64,000 bases of DNA from Candidatus Woesearchaeota archaeon (GCA_043803105.1 JAZDKJ010000006.1:32001-96000), one strand, 5' to 3'. Counted from the first letter of the stretch, positions 1 to 8,754 are shown. Notes: generated by a model from the sequence alone, not told the origin. Made by a program: numbers and translations.

Positions 1-2
1 TC

Positions 3-647
3 ATACTCTTCATGGTTGCCTGTTGTGAAGAATGTCTTTGCCTTTAGCCCTTCAAGCGGTTGCAGCATTTCATAGCTTAGTGGCCCGCTCCCGTCCACAA
101 GGTCGCCTGTGATGAGCACCATGTCAGGATTAAGAGCATTGGTCTTGTCCACTATTTCTTTCAAGTATTCTGAGTTGTGGATTGTTCCTACGTGTATATC
201 AGAAAGCTGAACTATTGTTGTTGCTTTCTCCAGTTTGGGTATTTGCAGTTCAATGGTATGCACTCTGATGAATAGAGCATTAATCAACGCAACTGATGTA
301 AACACAATTCCTAAGATTAGGATGGCAATTCCTGCGGTCTTTGCATCTATCTTCACAAAAAGCCTAACCACTTCATGGATTGCAAGAAGGCATAAGAGAA
401 AAAAAACAGCTCCAAGCCAGCTTGCTGCCCCTGCATAAAATATCCGTGAAAAAATGCCTGTTGAGTTTCTGACGACAAAGCTCGCTATTGGAAACCATAA
501 GGCCACTGCAATTGCGATTACATAGAATATTATTCCCCGCCTAATCTGCAGTAATCCGGAAAGCCTTTGGAATACGTAGAATTGTGCTCCTAAGTAAACA
601 AGAAGGAACATTCCTAAAAACGCAATTATGCTCAACAATCTGCTCAT
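3..647 (-). CDS. Membrane-anchored calcineurin-like metallophosphoesterase (YkuE-like), truncated by the window start
   Basis: Not in the ORF track because it runs off the window. Manual translation from ATG 647 gives MSRLLSIIAFLGMFLLVY, hydrophobic helices, then IVQLSDIHVG, ITGDLVD and TGNHEEY motifs. Confidence 0.85.
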   Translation of the reverse strand, partial: MSRLLSIIAFLGMFLLVYLGAQFYVFQRLSGLLQIRRGIIFYVIAIAVALWFPIASFVVRNSTGIFSRIFYAGAASWLGAVFFLLCLLAIHEVVRLFVKIDAKTAGIAILILGIVFTSVALINALFIRVHTIELQIPKLEKATTIVQLSDIHVGTIHNSEYLKEIVDKTNALNPDMVLITGDLVDGSGPLSYEMLQPLEGLKAKTFFTTGNHEEY

Positions 648-770
648 TTTTGAATAACAAAAGGATGCCCTTTAAGAAGTTTTTGAAACATCACTAGACA
701 TTCTTGCATGAGACTTAAAAGAAAATGCATCCTCATTATGGCAAAAGACCACACCATTCACGGGGTTTTC

Positions 771-1535
771 ATGTCGTTTGACTTGTCTGCAATTGAGTTC
801 AGTAAAAAAGATATGACTAGACATGTCAACCTGCCAAGGAAGATGACAGCAGACCTTGCGGAATTCATAGGGATTATGATTGGAGATGGTCACCTGGGTC
901 TTTACATTGGCAAGCAGCGAAGTGGTACTGCGCTGAAGCGGTCATCTGTAATCATTTCGTGTAACTCAGAAGAACGAGGGTATTGTTGCCACATAGCCAA
1001 ACTATTTTACACTCTTTTCAATTTGAAACTATCATTTGAGCCTGATCCAAGGTCCAAAGCTGTTTACCTCAAAGCTCACTCAAAGGCTGTGGTGCAGTTT
1101 CTTAACCTTGTCCTGGGTATCCCTATAAACAGGAAAACCGACACAGCAAACATTCCTCAGATAATAAAAAATGGTCAAGATGAATTCAAATACGCCTTCC
1201 TGAAAGGCCTTGCTGACACTGATTTTTCGGTAACATTTAGAAAAAGGCCGGGCAAAGGACATGTTTACCCACGCATAAAGGCTGCGTTTAAGAGCAGGAG
1301 TTTAATTGATGATCTCGGAGAAATCTTGAAGGGGGTAGGTTTCACTTATTGTAAAGTTTATAACGAAAAAGTATACCGAAAAGGCTCAGAGATTCCAGAC
1401 TTGAGACATGGTTTGTATTTGAATGGTGTCTCCAATTTTAGGGCTTGGTGTGATACAATTGGCTTCTCGAATCCAAAATTCATCAAGAAAGTGGCGAAAT
1501 GGAACAAGGAGGGTGTTTGCCCTCCAGGTTGCTAA
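771..1535 (+). CDS. Free-standing double-motif LAGLIDADG endonuclease-like protein
   Basis: Motifs LAEFIGIMIGDG and FLKGLADTDF, with no intein Hint motifs. The track ORF starts at 708; ATG 771, preceded by GGGG, is the more likely start. Confidence 0.8.
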   Translation: MSFDLSAIEFSKKDMTRHVNLPRKMTADLAEFIGIMIGDGHLGLYIGKQRSGTALKRSSVIISCNSEERGYCCHIAKLFYTLFNLKLSFEPDPRSKAVYLKAHSKAVVQFLNLVLGIPINRKTDTANIPQIIKNGQDEFKYAFLKGLADTDFSVTFRKRPGKGHVYPRIKAAFKSRSLIDDLGEILKGVGFTYCKVYNEKVYRKGSEIPDLRHGLYLNGVSNFRAWCDTIGFSNPKFIKKVAKWNKEGVCPPGC

Positions 1536-1644
1536 GCCTCCGACGAGAATCGCACTCGTGACCTGCTGATAGCTTGCATGTGCTACAAGTTTCGGCCTCA
1601 TTCAAAGAATGAATCAGCCGCAATAGCTACTATGCTACGGAGGC
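1535..1644 (-). tRNA. tRNA-Thr(UGU) with two BHB introns (30/31 at 1591-1614; 37/38 at 1571-1583)
   Basis: Acceptor stem GCCTCCG/CGGAGGC with U73, anticodon stem GCTGA/TCAGC and T stem ACGAG/CTCGT. Removing the two bulge-helix-bulge-delimited introns gives the loop CT-TGT-AA. CCA is not encoded. Confidence 0.85.
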
Positions 1645-1752
1645 GCTAAACAAGGAAAATTACAAGCCTATTTATAAAATTATGCTCTGTCTAAGAAGTT
1701 TCACCTTCATCAGTATATTAAGAAATATGCCGGTCGATTTCTTGGATGCTGA

Positions 1753-2256
1753 CTAGAATCTGTAAAGGTTGAGGAAAGACTTTATCTGGTCTCGTAATGC
1801 ATATACATCCTTTCGTACCCCTGCCTGAAACCCGCTCTGGAACGGCTCGTACAAGTATTTGTCAAATATTGTCCTGAGGAAGAAAAACATTGGTTTTTGC
1901 TCCCACCTGTTTTCATAGTCTGTGCTTAGGTAGCCGTCGAAGACTATGTGCAGTTTTCCCTGGTTAAGTTTTACCTTCACTCCTTCTTTCTCCACTTCCA
2001 TGTCCTTTATCTCGCTCATGAACATTCTCAGGCGTATCTCGTTCTTTGCGTAGTCAGAGACTTTTTTCCATGGCAGGATCTCGATTTCTATGAATTTTCC
2101 ATCCTGGGAGACCCTCTCTATGTTTCGTATCTCGCGCTTGTCGTAGTTCTTGTCCTCAAACCATTCATCTATGAGTTTGTAAAGCTCTGGTATGCTGAAC
2201 AGCCCTTCGTAGTCGAAGCGCATCTTGTCAACGATTACTTCGCGTTCCATTACCAC
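1753..2256 (-). CDS. Conserved hypothetical protein, paralogue 3 of a tandem triplet
   Basis: 167 aa. Shares the YxGxF..LY..I.(D/E)W....Y and DY...W...FL....KY pattern with its two upstream neighbours. Confidence 0.75.
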   Translation of the reverse strand: MVMEREVIVDKMRFDYEGLFSIPELYKLIDEWFEDKNYDKREIRNIERVSQDGKFIEIEILPWKKVSDYAKNEIRLRMFMSEIKDMEVEKEGVKVKLNQGKLHIVFDGYLSTDYENRWEQKPMFFFLRTIFDKYLYEPFQSGFQAGVRKDVYALRDQIKSFLNLYRF

Positions 2257-2777
2257 CGGCCCTCTGATGCGTTTGTCTTTGTTTCCATGTCCAGGAATTC
2301 CTTTATTATCCTGTGTAGCTTCAATGTTCTATAGTACAATTCGTCTTCCCAGATGTTCTGTATGTTGGCCCTTATTATATATTTATTGTAAAAATCTTGT
2401 AGTGATTGCAGGAATCTGCTTCCTCCAAACCTGCCGCTGTAGTCAAGTTCTACTGTGGAGGTGAAGGTTATCTTCATCCTGAGGGTCACGAGTTTCTTCT
2501 TAATCCCGTTCCTTACTACATCAACTGTCCTCATGTCCCAGATGTGAAAATCAACTTCAAGCCAGTATTTGACGTAGGCGTTTACCCTGCGCCAGCCTTT
2601 TAGTGTTATCTCGTCTTCTGCTCCCCTTGGGTCAGGCACCTTGTGCTTGTATTTTGTTTCGTGGACCTCATAGTCCTGGTGTATCATCCAGTCGTATATT
2701 GTCTTGAACAATCCTTCTATGTCACAAATTCCTTTGAATTTGAGAATCTCTAGCCCTGCGCCTCTTTTGATTGACAT
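2250..2777 (-). CDS. Conserved hypothetical protein, paralogue 2 of a tandem triplet
   Basis: 175 aa with FKGICDIEGLFKTIYDW and DYSGRF...FLQSLQDFYNKY. Overlaps the next gene by 7 nt. Confidence 0.75.
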   Translation of the reverse strand: MSIKRGAGLEILKFKGICDIEGLFKTIYDWMIHQDYEVHETKYKHKVPDPRGAEDEITLKGWRRVNAYVKYWLEVDFHIWDMRTVDVVRNGIKKKLVTLRMKITFTSTVELDYSGRFGGSRFLQSLQDFYNKYIIRANIQNIWEDELYYRTLKLHRIIKEFLDMETKTNASEGRW

Positions 2778-2780
2778 GTT

Positions 2781-3389
2781 TTACTCAAAATCCTTGTTTG
2801 TGAAGAACTGTTCCCCTTCTGGTTCTGGCCTGTACCTGATGAGCTTGAAGTGTGTTTTCATAAATTCTGTGAACCTATACACTTCCCTGTAAAGTTCAAT
2901 CCTGTGCATCTCCATGTTCTTATAGAATATTCGCTTGAAGAACAATGTTCTTACGTGTTTGAGGAACCAGTGATTCTTCCACTTGTGTTCATAATCAGCG
3001 ATCATGCGGGCGAATATCTTTATTTCTGGTTCGCCCGTGAATGCCTTGAATTTTTTGCCGTCGATTACTACTTCTGTTCGCTTCAGGTTTACTGTCAGCA
3101 CATTAATGTCCAGTTCCCACTTGTAGAATTTGTTCTGTGTCGGGATTTTTTCCATTCTCCACCAGAATCTTACCTCTTCTCCCCCTGTCTGTGTCCATCT
3201 GTGGTGGTAGAATATCTCTTTGAAATCAGAATCCTTACTTGAAGTCCACTCCTGTTCGACAAGCCAGTCGTGCATGTCAGCGTACATCTGCTTCATGTCA
3301 AATACGTCTTTGTACTTGACCCTTGTGTCGTCAGTTACAGTGATGACCAGGTCATAATCAGCGAACCTGTTCTTTACTTTCATCATCAT
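2781..3389 (-). CDS. Conserved hypothetical protein, paralogue 1 of a tandem triplet
   Basis: 202 aa with YKDVFDMKQMYADMHDW and DYEHKW...FLKHVRTLFFK. A TTTATAAA-like box lies upstream on the minus strand near 3410-3418. Confidence 0.75.
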   Translation of the reverse strand: MMMKVKNRFADYDLVITVTDDTRVKYKDVFDMKQMYADMHDWLVEQEWTSSKDSDFKEIFYHHRWTQTGGEEVRFWWRMEKIPTQNKFYKWELDINVLTVNLKRTEVVIDGKKFKAFTGEPEIKIFARMIADYEHKWKNHWFLKHVRTLFFKRIFYKNMEMHRIELYREVYRFTEFMKTHFKLIRYRPEPEGEQFFTNKDFE

Positions 3390-3512
3390 TTCTTTCCCTG
3401 GAAATTCAGTTTATAAAACTTTCTCTTGCGCACCGTGCGTTTCAGGGTTTTGTGCTCTGAGTAAAACTTTTTCCTAGAAAACTTTTTATAAGGTCCTGCG
3501 CTTCTCTTTGCT

Positions 3513-4709
3513 ATGCTGATCGGTGTGGTTGGAAAGGCAAATGTTGGCAAGTCCACTTTTTTCAAGGCAGCCACCTTGGCGGAGGTGGAGATCGCCAATT
3601 ACCCATTTGCCACTATCAAGCCCAATCATGGTACAGGTTATGTTTTGGTTGAGTGTGCTGACAGTTTCTTTAATGTGCAGTGTAATCCTCGCTTTGGTTA
3701 CTGCATCAACCACCACCGTTTTGTTCCCGTCAACATGCTTGATGTTGCAGGTCTTGTTCCTGGAGCTCACGAGGGAAAGGGAATGGGAAACCAGTTTCTT
3801 GATGACCTGCGCCAGGCAGATGTCTTGATTCATGTTGTTGACATTGCCGGAACCACTAATGAAAAAGGTGAGCCGATTGAGCCCGGGTCTTATGACCCTG
3901 CCAATGACATTAAATTCTTGGAAGAGGAGCTTGACTTCTGGTATCTAGGTATTTTGAAGAAGGGCTGGGACCGCTTTGCACGGGAAGTGCAACAGACGCA
4001 CGCTCAGCTGAATAGGGCTCTCGCAAAGCAGCTTTCTGCGCTTGGAGTTACCGAAAAGCTGGTTGAAGACCAGATAATATTGCTTAACCTTGATCCAGAG
4101 AAGCCTACTGGCTGGTCTGAAGATGACATGCTCAAGCTTGCGAGTAGCTTTCGTAAGGCAACAAAACCAATGATTGTTGCCTGCAACAAGATTGATGTCC
4201 CTGGCGCAATTGAGAACTTTAATCGCATTTCCTCCCAAACCGACCGCATGCTTGTTCCATGCTCTGCAGAGTCTGAGCTTGCCTTGCGCGAGGCAGCAAA
4301 GGCTGGCTTGATTGATTATGTTCCTGGTTCAAAACACTTTAATATTCTTCATCCTGAAAAGCTCACCGATCGCCAGAAAAATGCGCTTCAGTTCATCAAA
4401 GTAAATATGCTCGACAAATTTGGTTCAACTGGTGTGCAGCAAATTCTTGATGATTCAGTTTTCAAGGTCTTGAAGTATATTGCAATTTTCCCAGGCGGTG
4501 TCAATAAGCTAACAGACTCTGAAGGAAGGGTTTTGCCTGACTGTTTTCTGATGCCCCCGAAAACCACAGCCCTTGATTTTGCCTTCAAGCTTCACACTGA
4601 CTTCGGCAACAAATTCATCCGGGCAATTGACGTCCGAAAGAAGTTGCCTGTAGGAAAAGACCACCCTCTTGCCCATGGTGATGTTGTGGAGATTGTCTCC
4701 GGAAGATGA
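3513..4709 (+). CDS. ychF: Obg-family GTPase/ATPase YchF with C-terminal TGS domain
   Basis: GKANVGKST, NYPFATI, DVAGLVPGAHEGKGMGNQFL, NKID and the TGS motif TALDFAFKLHTD. Confidence 0.92.
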   Translation: MLIGVVGKANVGKSTFFKAATLAEVEIANYPFATIKPNHGTGYVLVECADSFFNVQCNPRFGYCINHHRFVPVNMLDVAGLVPGAHEGKGMGNQFLDDLRQADVLIHVVDIAGTTNEKGEPIEPGSYDPANDIKFLEEELDFWYLGILKKGWDRFAREVQQTHAQLNRALAKQLSALGVTEKLVEDQIILLNLDPEKPTGWSEDDMLKLASSFRKATKPMIVACNKIDVPGAIENFNRISSQTDRMLVPCSAESELALREAAKAGLIDYVPGSKHFNILHPEKLTDRQKNALQFIKVNMLDKFGSTGVQQILDDSVFKVLKYIAIFPGGVNKLTDSEGRVLPDCFLMPPKTTALDFAFKLHTDFGNKFIRAIDVRKKLPVGKDHPLAHGDVVEIVSGR

Positions 4710-4886
4710 GATTGGTTACGTTTTGCCAGGTTCATCTGAGCGTAAGCGAGCGGTGCGCCAGAAAACCGTAGGTTTTCTGAGCGTTTTCCTATGGAAAAAA
4801 GCTGATAGTTTCTGGTCGTTAGTGTTTTCGGAAATACATTTTTCAGGATATAAAACTTTTTATTGGCAAGATTGTTCCATTGTTGT

Positions 4887-5468
4887 ATGGTAGATCCTTT
4901 AAAAAAGATTGAACACACTATAGCAAATAATGTTGACAGTGTCTGTTGGTTGGGTTATTGTATCCCAAATAAAAAGGAAATCAGGCAGAGGCTTTCTGAT
5001 CCCTGCACTAACCATTTGACTTTATTCACTTACGCAGTCATGGCAGCAAAAAATCCTGTATATTCTGTGTCGCGGCTAAACCTCCTGTTGGATGCTGCAT
5101 CTATTGGTTTGACGCCGAGCAAGGTAAATTATGCGCAACATGATTTTGGTAATTCCAAACAATTCCTTTCATTGCCCACTCTTGTTTTTTACAATACAAT
5201 TGATGATACCGAAACACTTGTTTCACGCATGAACCAAGACCCCTTTGGCAAGACTCTAAGCTTTGACTGTATATCGCCCACCGATGCTGGCAGGCTTAAG
5301 GAGTTTATTGACAGGGACATTATTCATATCATTCTCTATCCTAATTATCCCACTGCTTATGCTGCACTTGCACACACTGCATCCTATCCTGAGAACAGGT
5401 TTAAGTTTTTGAGTCTTGAAGACCTTAAGCACACTCAGCCTGGTTTTATGGACATTCCCAAGATTTAG
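4887..5468 (+). CDS. Hypothetical protein
   Basis: Long ORF with no recognised motif. The track start (TTG 4863) lies in the TATA-like box, so ATG 4887 is preferred. Confidence 0.55.
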   Translation: MVDPLKKIEHTIANNVDSVCWLGYCIPNKKEIRQRLSDPCTNHLTLFTYAVMAAKNPVYSVSRLNLLLDAASIGLTPSKVNYAQHDFGNSKQFLSLPTLVFYNTIDDTETLVSRMNQDPFGKTLSFDCISPTDAGRLKEFIDRDIIHIILYPNYPTAYAALAHTASYPENRFKFLSLEDLKHTQPGFMDIPKI

Positions 5469-5470
5469 AA

Positions 5471-5857
5471 TTATCTCTTCTTCCTGTGCTTTTTGAAGCT
5501 TGCTGCAACGTCGATGAGGTATTTTCCGTCTTCAAGCTTGAAGATTATAGGCTCTCCCTTGAACAGGTGTACCAGGTCTAATTCGTATTTGCCTGGCTTC
5601 ATTACCCTTATTGCTTCCAGGTCCAGGACGACAGGCTGGTCATCCTCGGGCTTTGCTCCCACAAGGTCAAATACATCATGCTCTATCTGTTCCTTTTCCT
5701 TTGGAGATAGGTTTACCTCCTCAGTCATTTTTTGCGCAGCTGCAAGCTTATCTTTCTTGATGTAAAAGAACAGTCTTCCGCCGCAGGGGCATCCCTTCAG
5801 GAGTTCGGTTGCTCCGTCGTCATAGAATATGCTGCATCTAACGCACTGGTGTGGCAT
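5471..5857 (-). CDS. oapC: Zn-ribbon protein (DUF2072 / OapC family)
   Basis: MPHQCVRC...LLKGCPCGGRLFFY and EAIRVMKPGKYELDL. Third gene of the GTPase-DUF2073-DUF2072 operon. Confidence 0.85.
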   Translation of the reverse strand: MPHQCVRCSIFYDDGATELLKGCPCGGRLFFYIKKDKLAAAQKMTEEVNLSPKEKEQIEHDVFDLVGAKPEDDQPVVLDLEAIRVMKPGKYELDLVHLFKGEPIIFKLEDGKYLIDVAASFKKHRKKR

Positions 5858-6250
5858 CTATTTTTTACCCTTCTTTTTTGGCTTCAAGTCTTTGGTTAGG
5901 AGCTCTATCTTTGTCGGGTCTTTCTTTATTTCTTTCACTATACTTGCAGGGCCAATTATGGTCAACCCCGTTCTTTCTCCTAGAATTATGTCTATTACGC
6001 CTTTTTTCAATTTTGACAGTCCGCCCTCAGGCTTGGATTTGGGTTCAATCACAGCTAGCTCAATTCCCCTGAATTCCTCGTTGATTTCTTCCATTGTCAC
6101 CTTGATGAGCTCTTTTTCTTCTTCCTTCTTTAGCCTTCCCTCAAGCAGCACTATCTTGTTTTCTTTTGCTATATTCAATAGCTTCCTGATTCTTCCTAAT
6201 GAACTCAAGTGCTCGATTTCTGAGTATGGCACAAATTGAAGTGTTATCAT
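5858..6250 (-). CDS. oapB: DUF2073 / OapB family protein
   Basis: IVLLEGRLKKEEEKELI, F.GIE and GLTIIGPA motifs, plus operon context. Confidence 0.85.
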   Translation of the reverse strand: MITLQFVPYSEIEHLSSLGRIRKLLNIAKENKIVLLEGRLKKEEEKELIKVTMEEINEEFRGIELAVIEPKSKPEGGLSKLKKGVIDIILGERTGLTIIGPASIVKEIKKDPTKIELLTKDLKPKKKGKK

Positions 6251-6894
6251 CCTGCCACCGCGAATAGTGCCTCATAAAATTCTTCTATGTGGTTGCCGTA
6301 TCTTGCAGATATTCCCACAACATCGTACTGCGGAAATGCTGCCTGAAGCTTTCTTATGCTTGCTTTCTTTAAATCCATCTTATTTGCCACTATTAGCACT
6401 GGTATCTTGCGTGCCTCTAAGTTGCCTATGATTGTGATGTTGACCTGTGAGTATGGATCGAGTGTTGCGTCAAGCACCACTATCACTACATCCATCTCAT
6501 CCAGCCACTTGATTGCATCTATGACTCCTCTTGTTGCCTCTTTTGCTCTTTTCTTTGCAGCTGTCTCTTTCATTCCTGCCTTGACAAAGTCCTCGTAGTC
6601 TATCCGAGTGGCAATTCCTGGCGTGTCTACAAGGTTGAAGCTCAGTTCCTTTCCGTTTGACTTGATGTTTATCTGTTCCTTTATTTGTATTTCACGTGTC
6701 TCATGCGGTATGTGAGAAACCTTGCCCATCTCCTCGCCCAGCCAGTCCTGGCATATCCTGTTTGCAAGAGTGGTTTTTCCTCCGTTTGGAGGTCCGTAGA
6801 GTCCTAGCTTGATGTGTTTCTTTTTCTTGAATAGGTCCCGGAATACCTTGTTGACAAATCTCTTTAAAATTGTGAACATCGCTGTATTGCTCAT
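6247..6894 (-). CDS. oapA: Era-like GTP-binding protein OapA
   Basis: GPPNGGKTTLANRI, PHETR, DTPG and ANKMD. ATG 6879 is a possible leaderless start. Confidence 0.88.
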   Translation of the reverse strand: MSNTAMFTILKRFVNKVFRDLFKKKKHIKLGLYGPPNGGKTTLANRICQDWLGEEMGKVSHIPHETREIQIKEQINIKSNGKELSFNLVDTPGIATRIDYEDFVKAGMKETAAKKRAKEATRGVIDAIKWLDEMDVVIVVLDATLDPYSQVNITIIGNLEARKIPVLIVANKMDLKKASIRKLQAAFPQYDVVGISARYGNHIEEFYEALFAVAG

Positions 6895-6905
6895 AAAGTG
6901 CCGTC

Positions 6906-6920
6906 TTTATATAGTTTTCG
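6906..6920 (-). promoter_or_regulatory. BRE/TATA promoter of oapABC
   Basis: Minus-strand CGAAAACTATATAAA about 26 nt upstream of ATG 6879. Confidence 0.55.
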
Positions 6921-6930
6921 ATTGACAAAC

Positions 6931-8145
6931 TCACATTGTTTGTTTGCTCTCCTGCGAGAAATATAGGCTCGACTGAACAAGCTCTTTCACGATTTCCAGG
7001 TCTGCTGCTTCAACCTTGTTCTTCAGTTGGCTTGCAGCCTTTGCCTTGGCCAGCCTTACGATTCCAACTACCAACCTGGGATTTACCTCAACTAGGAATT
7101 TCTTTTCATCTTTCTTAAGCTGCTTTGCAAACTCAACTACCTGAGCCTCAAATTCCTTTGGCAGTTCAACGTCTATTTGCCTTGCTTTCTGAATGTATTC
7201 TTTCATTAGTTTTTTGTCATGTTCATTTATGCTGATTTGCTGCTTCAGTATCCCTTTGGCTATCTCAACAAACTTGTTGATGTCAGGCTTCCTTATGAAA
7301 AATACCAGGTGAAACCTCGTCAATAGTGCAGCATCAAACGGTATCTCTTTCCTCAACTGTTCTGCGCTCTTCCCCAAAAAGTTTGAGTACCGAGGGTTTG
7401 CAGTTGCCAGAACGCTTACCCTTGCGTCAAATCTGTAGTGTTTTCCTGCCTTGTCATAAGTGACAAACCCCTTTTCCATTGCGTTGTAAAGTCCGCCTAC
7501 ATCAACCTTTTTCATGAGGTTAAGTTCATCAATCAATGCCATGCCCTTGTCAGCCAGCGGTAATATTCCCTTTTGCACTGCCTTTCCCTGCACTGTTACT
7601 GTCAAACCCACTCCGCTCATTCCAGAGCCAAGCCCAAACTCTGCTATGGGCGCTATCTCTTGACAGCTTCTCAAGATCTCTGTTTTTCCTGTTCCTGGGT
7701 CTCCTATCATCAATATGTTGATCTGCTCTTTAGAGCATAGCTGCAGAAACGCAGCGTCCTTTGCTGCCTCCAGCCCTACAATACCGCTTGCAATGAACTT
7801 TCTCGAATTTATGGTGATGTTCTTGGTGATCTCCTTGAAAACCCCTTCCTTTGCGTGTCTTTCGCTCTTGCCGTTGATTGTCTCTGCCGCCTCCATCGTT
7901 TCTTTGTCGTGGGCAGATATATCCACAGTTGGGAAGCTTCTATCGCCTATAAAATTCAAGCCTAGTTTTGCAGAGCTTATCCTGAGTTTTCCGTCCTTGA
8001 GACTGGCCTTTAGCGTTTTTAGCTCTGCTAGATTTAACAATTCCTTGAATTGGCCGAGAGCCAGGTTGTTCTCCTGTGACAAAGGGAACATTCTTTTGAT
8101 GTAATCGACTATTCTTGTCATGATGCTGCCAAAGCGCTTCTTCAT
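6931..8145 (-). CDS. Short MCM-family AAA+ ATPase lacking the canonical N-terminal Zn/OB domain
   Basis: IASGIVGLEAAK, GDPGTGKT (Walker A), SGVGLT, IDELNLM (Walker B), ATANP and LLTRF (Arg finger). Only about 115 aa precede the AAA domain. Confidence 0.85.
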   Translation of the reverse strand: MKKRFGSIMTRIVDYIKRMFPLSQENNLALGQFKELLNLAELKTLKASLKDGKLRISSAKLGLNFIGDRSFPTVDISAHDKETMEAAETINGKSERHAKEGVFKEITKNITINSRKFIASGIVGLEAAKDAAFLQLCSKEQINILMIGDPGTGKTEILRSCQEIAPIAEFGLGSGMSGVGLTVTVQGKAVQKGILPLADKGMALIDELNLMKKVDVGGLYNAMEKGFVTYDKAGKHYRFDARVSVLATANPRYSNFLGKSAEQLRKEIPFDAALLTRFHLVFFIRKPDINKFVEIAKGILKQQISINEHDKKLMKEYIQKARQIDVELPKEFEAQVVEFAKQLKKDEKKFLVEVNPRLVVGIVRLAKAKAASQLKNKVEAADLEIVKELVQSSLYFSQESKQTM

Positions 8146-8208
8146 ATAAATTTTTGGTTTATTATGCCAAGGGAAAGATTTATATAAGCATCATCCTCGT
8201 GAAAACAC

Positions 8209-8754
8209 ATGATTATTCAGGTAAAAACTGATATTCTTGCTGTGCTGAATCAGGCTGCGGAGGACATTTCAAAACGAGACCTCGCAGCCCTTTCTAGCCT
8301 GAGTAACCACACAATTCATAATGCCTCCATTTTTCAGGATGAGGACTCAGTTACCGTCGCTGTAGTGGTTTATGCCCTTTCCAAGGTCCTGGCACGGGAA
8401 CACATGTCTATAGATGAAGATATCATCAGCAAACTGGAAAAGGCGTCAGATTTCCTTTCCGAGGACAACCTCAGAAAATACAAAGACTGCATGCACGACA
8501 TTACGAAGCTTATTTCCGGTGTAGACGACAAGCTCAAGCTGTACATAGAGGAGGTCATAAGGCAGGCACAGATAAGGAAAGGCTCCAAGATATACGAGCA
8601 TGGAATTTCCCTTGCACGTGCTTCAGAGATGCTTGGCATTTCGCAGTGGGAGCTGATGGGTTATGTTGGTAACACCCAGTTTGTTGATAGGACTGAAAAA
8701 CTTAGAAGAGAGCGTGCCCGCCTGGCCTTCGCACGGAGGTTGTTTAGGATATGA
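8209..8754 (+). CDS. Helical protein with C-terminal UPF0175-like HTH (possible antitoxin or regulator)
   Basis: GISLARASEMLGISQWELM resembles the UPF0175 HTH. ATGA overlap with the downstream PIN gene. Confidence 0.6.
   Translation: MIIQVKTDILAVLNQAAEDISKRDLAALSSLSNHTIHNASIFQDEDSVTVAVVVYALSKVLAREHMSIDEDIISKLEKASDFLSEDNLRKYKDCMHDITKLISGVDDKLKLYIEEVIRQAQIRKGSKIYEHGISLARASEMLGISQWELMGYVGNTQFVDRTEKLRRERARLAFARRLFRI

Noticed and set aside
708-1535. Intein or group I intron-encoded endonuclease
   Set aside because: No Hint-domain termini and no interrupted host gene.
1571-1619. tRNA-Met/Ile(CAU) reading with one long intron
   Set aside because: It would give U37 and no BHB at the junctions. The two-intron Thr(UGU) model gives two BHB-type motifs and a canonical loop.
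1586-1620. Hammerhead-like string TGAGGCCGAAAC in the tRNA insert
   Set aside because: It lacks the CUGANGA core and stem II, and is fully explained as a BHB helix plus bulge.
5471-8208. Replication origin next to oapABC and the MCM-like gene
   Set aside because: No cdc6/orc1 gene, no recognisable ORB repeats, and the intergenic gaps are under 70 bp.
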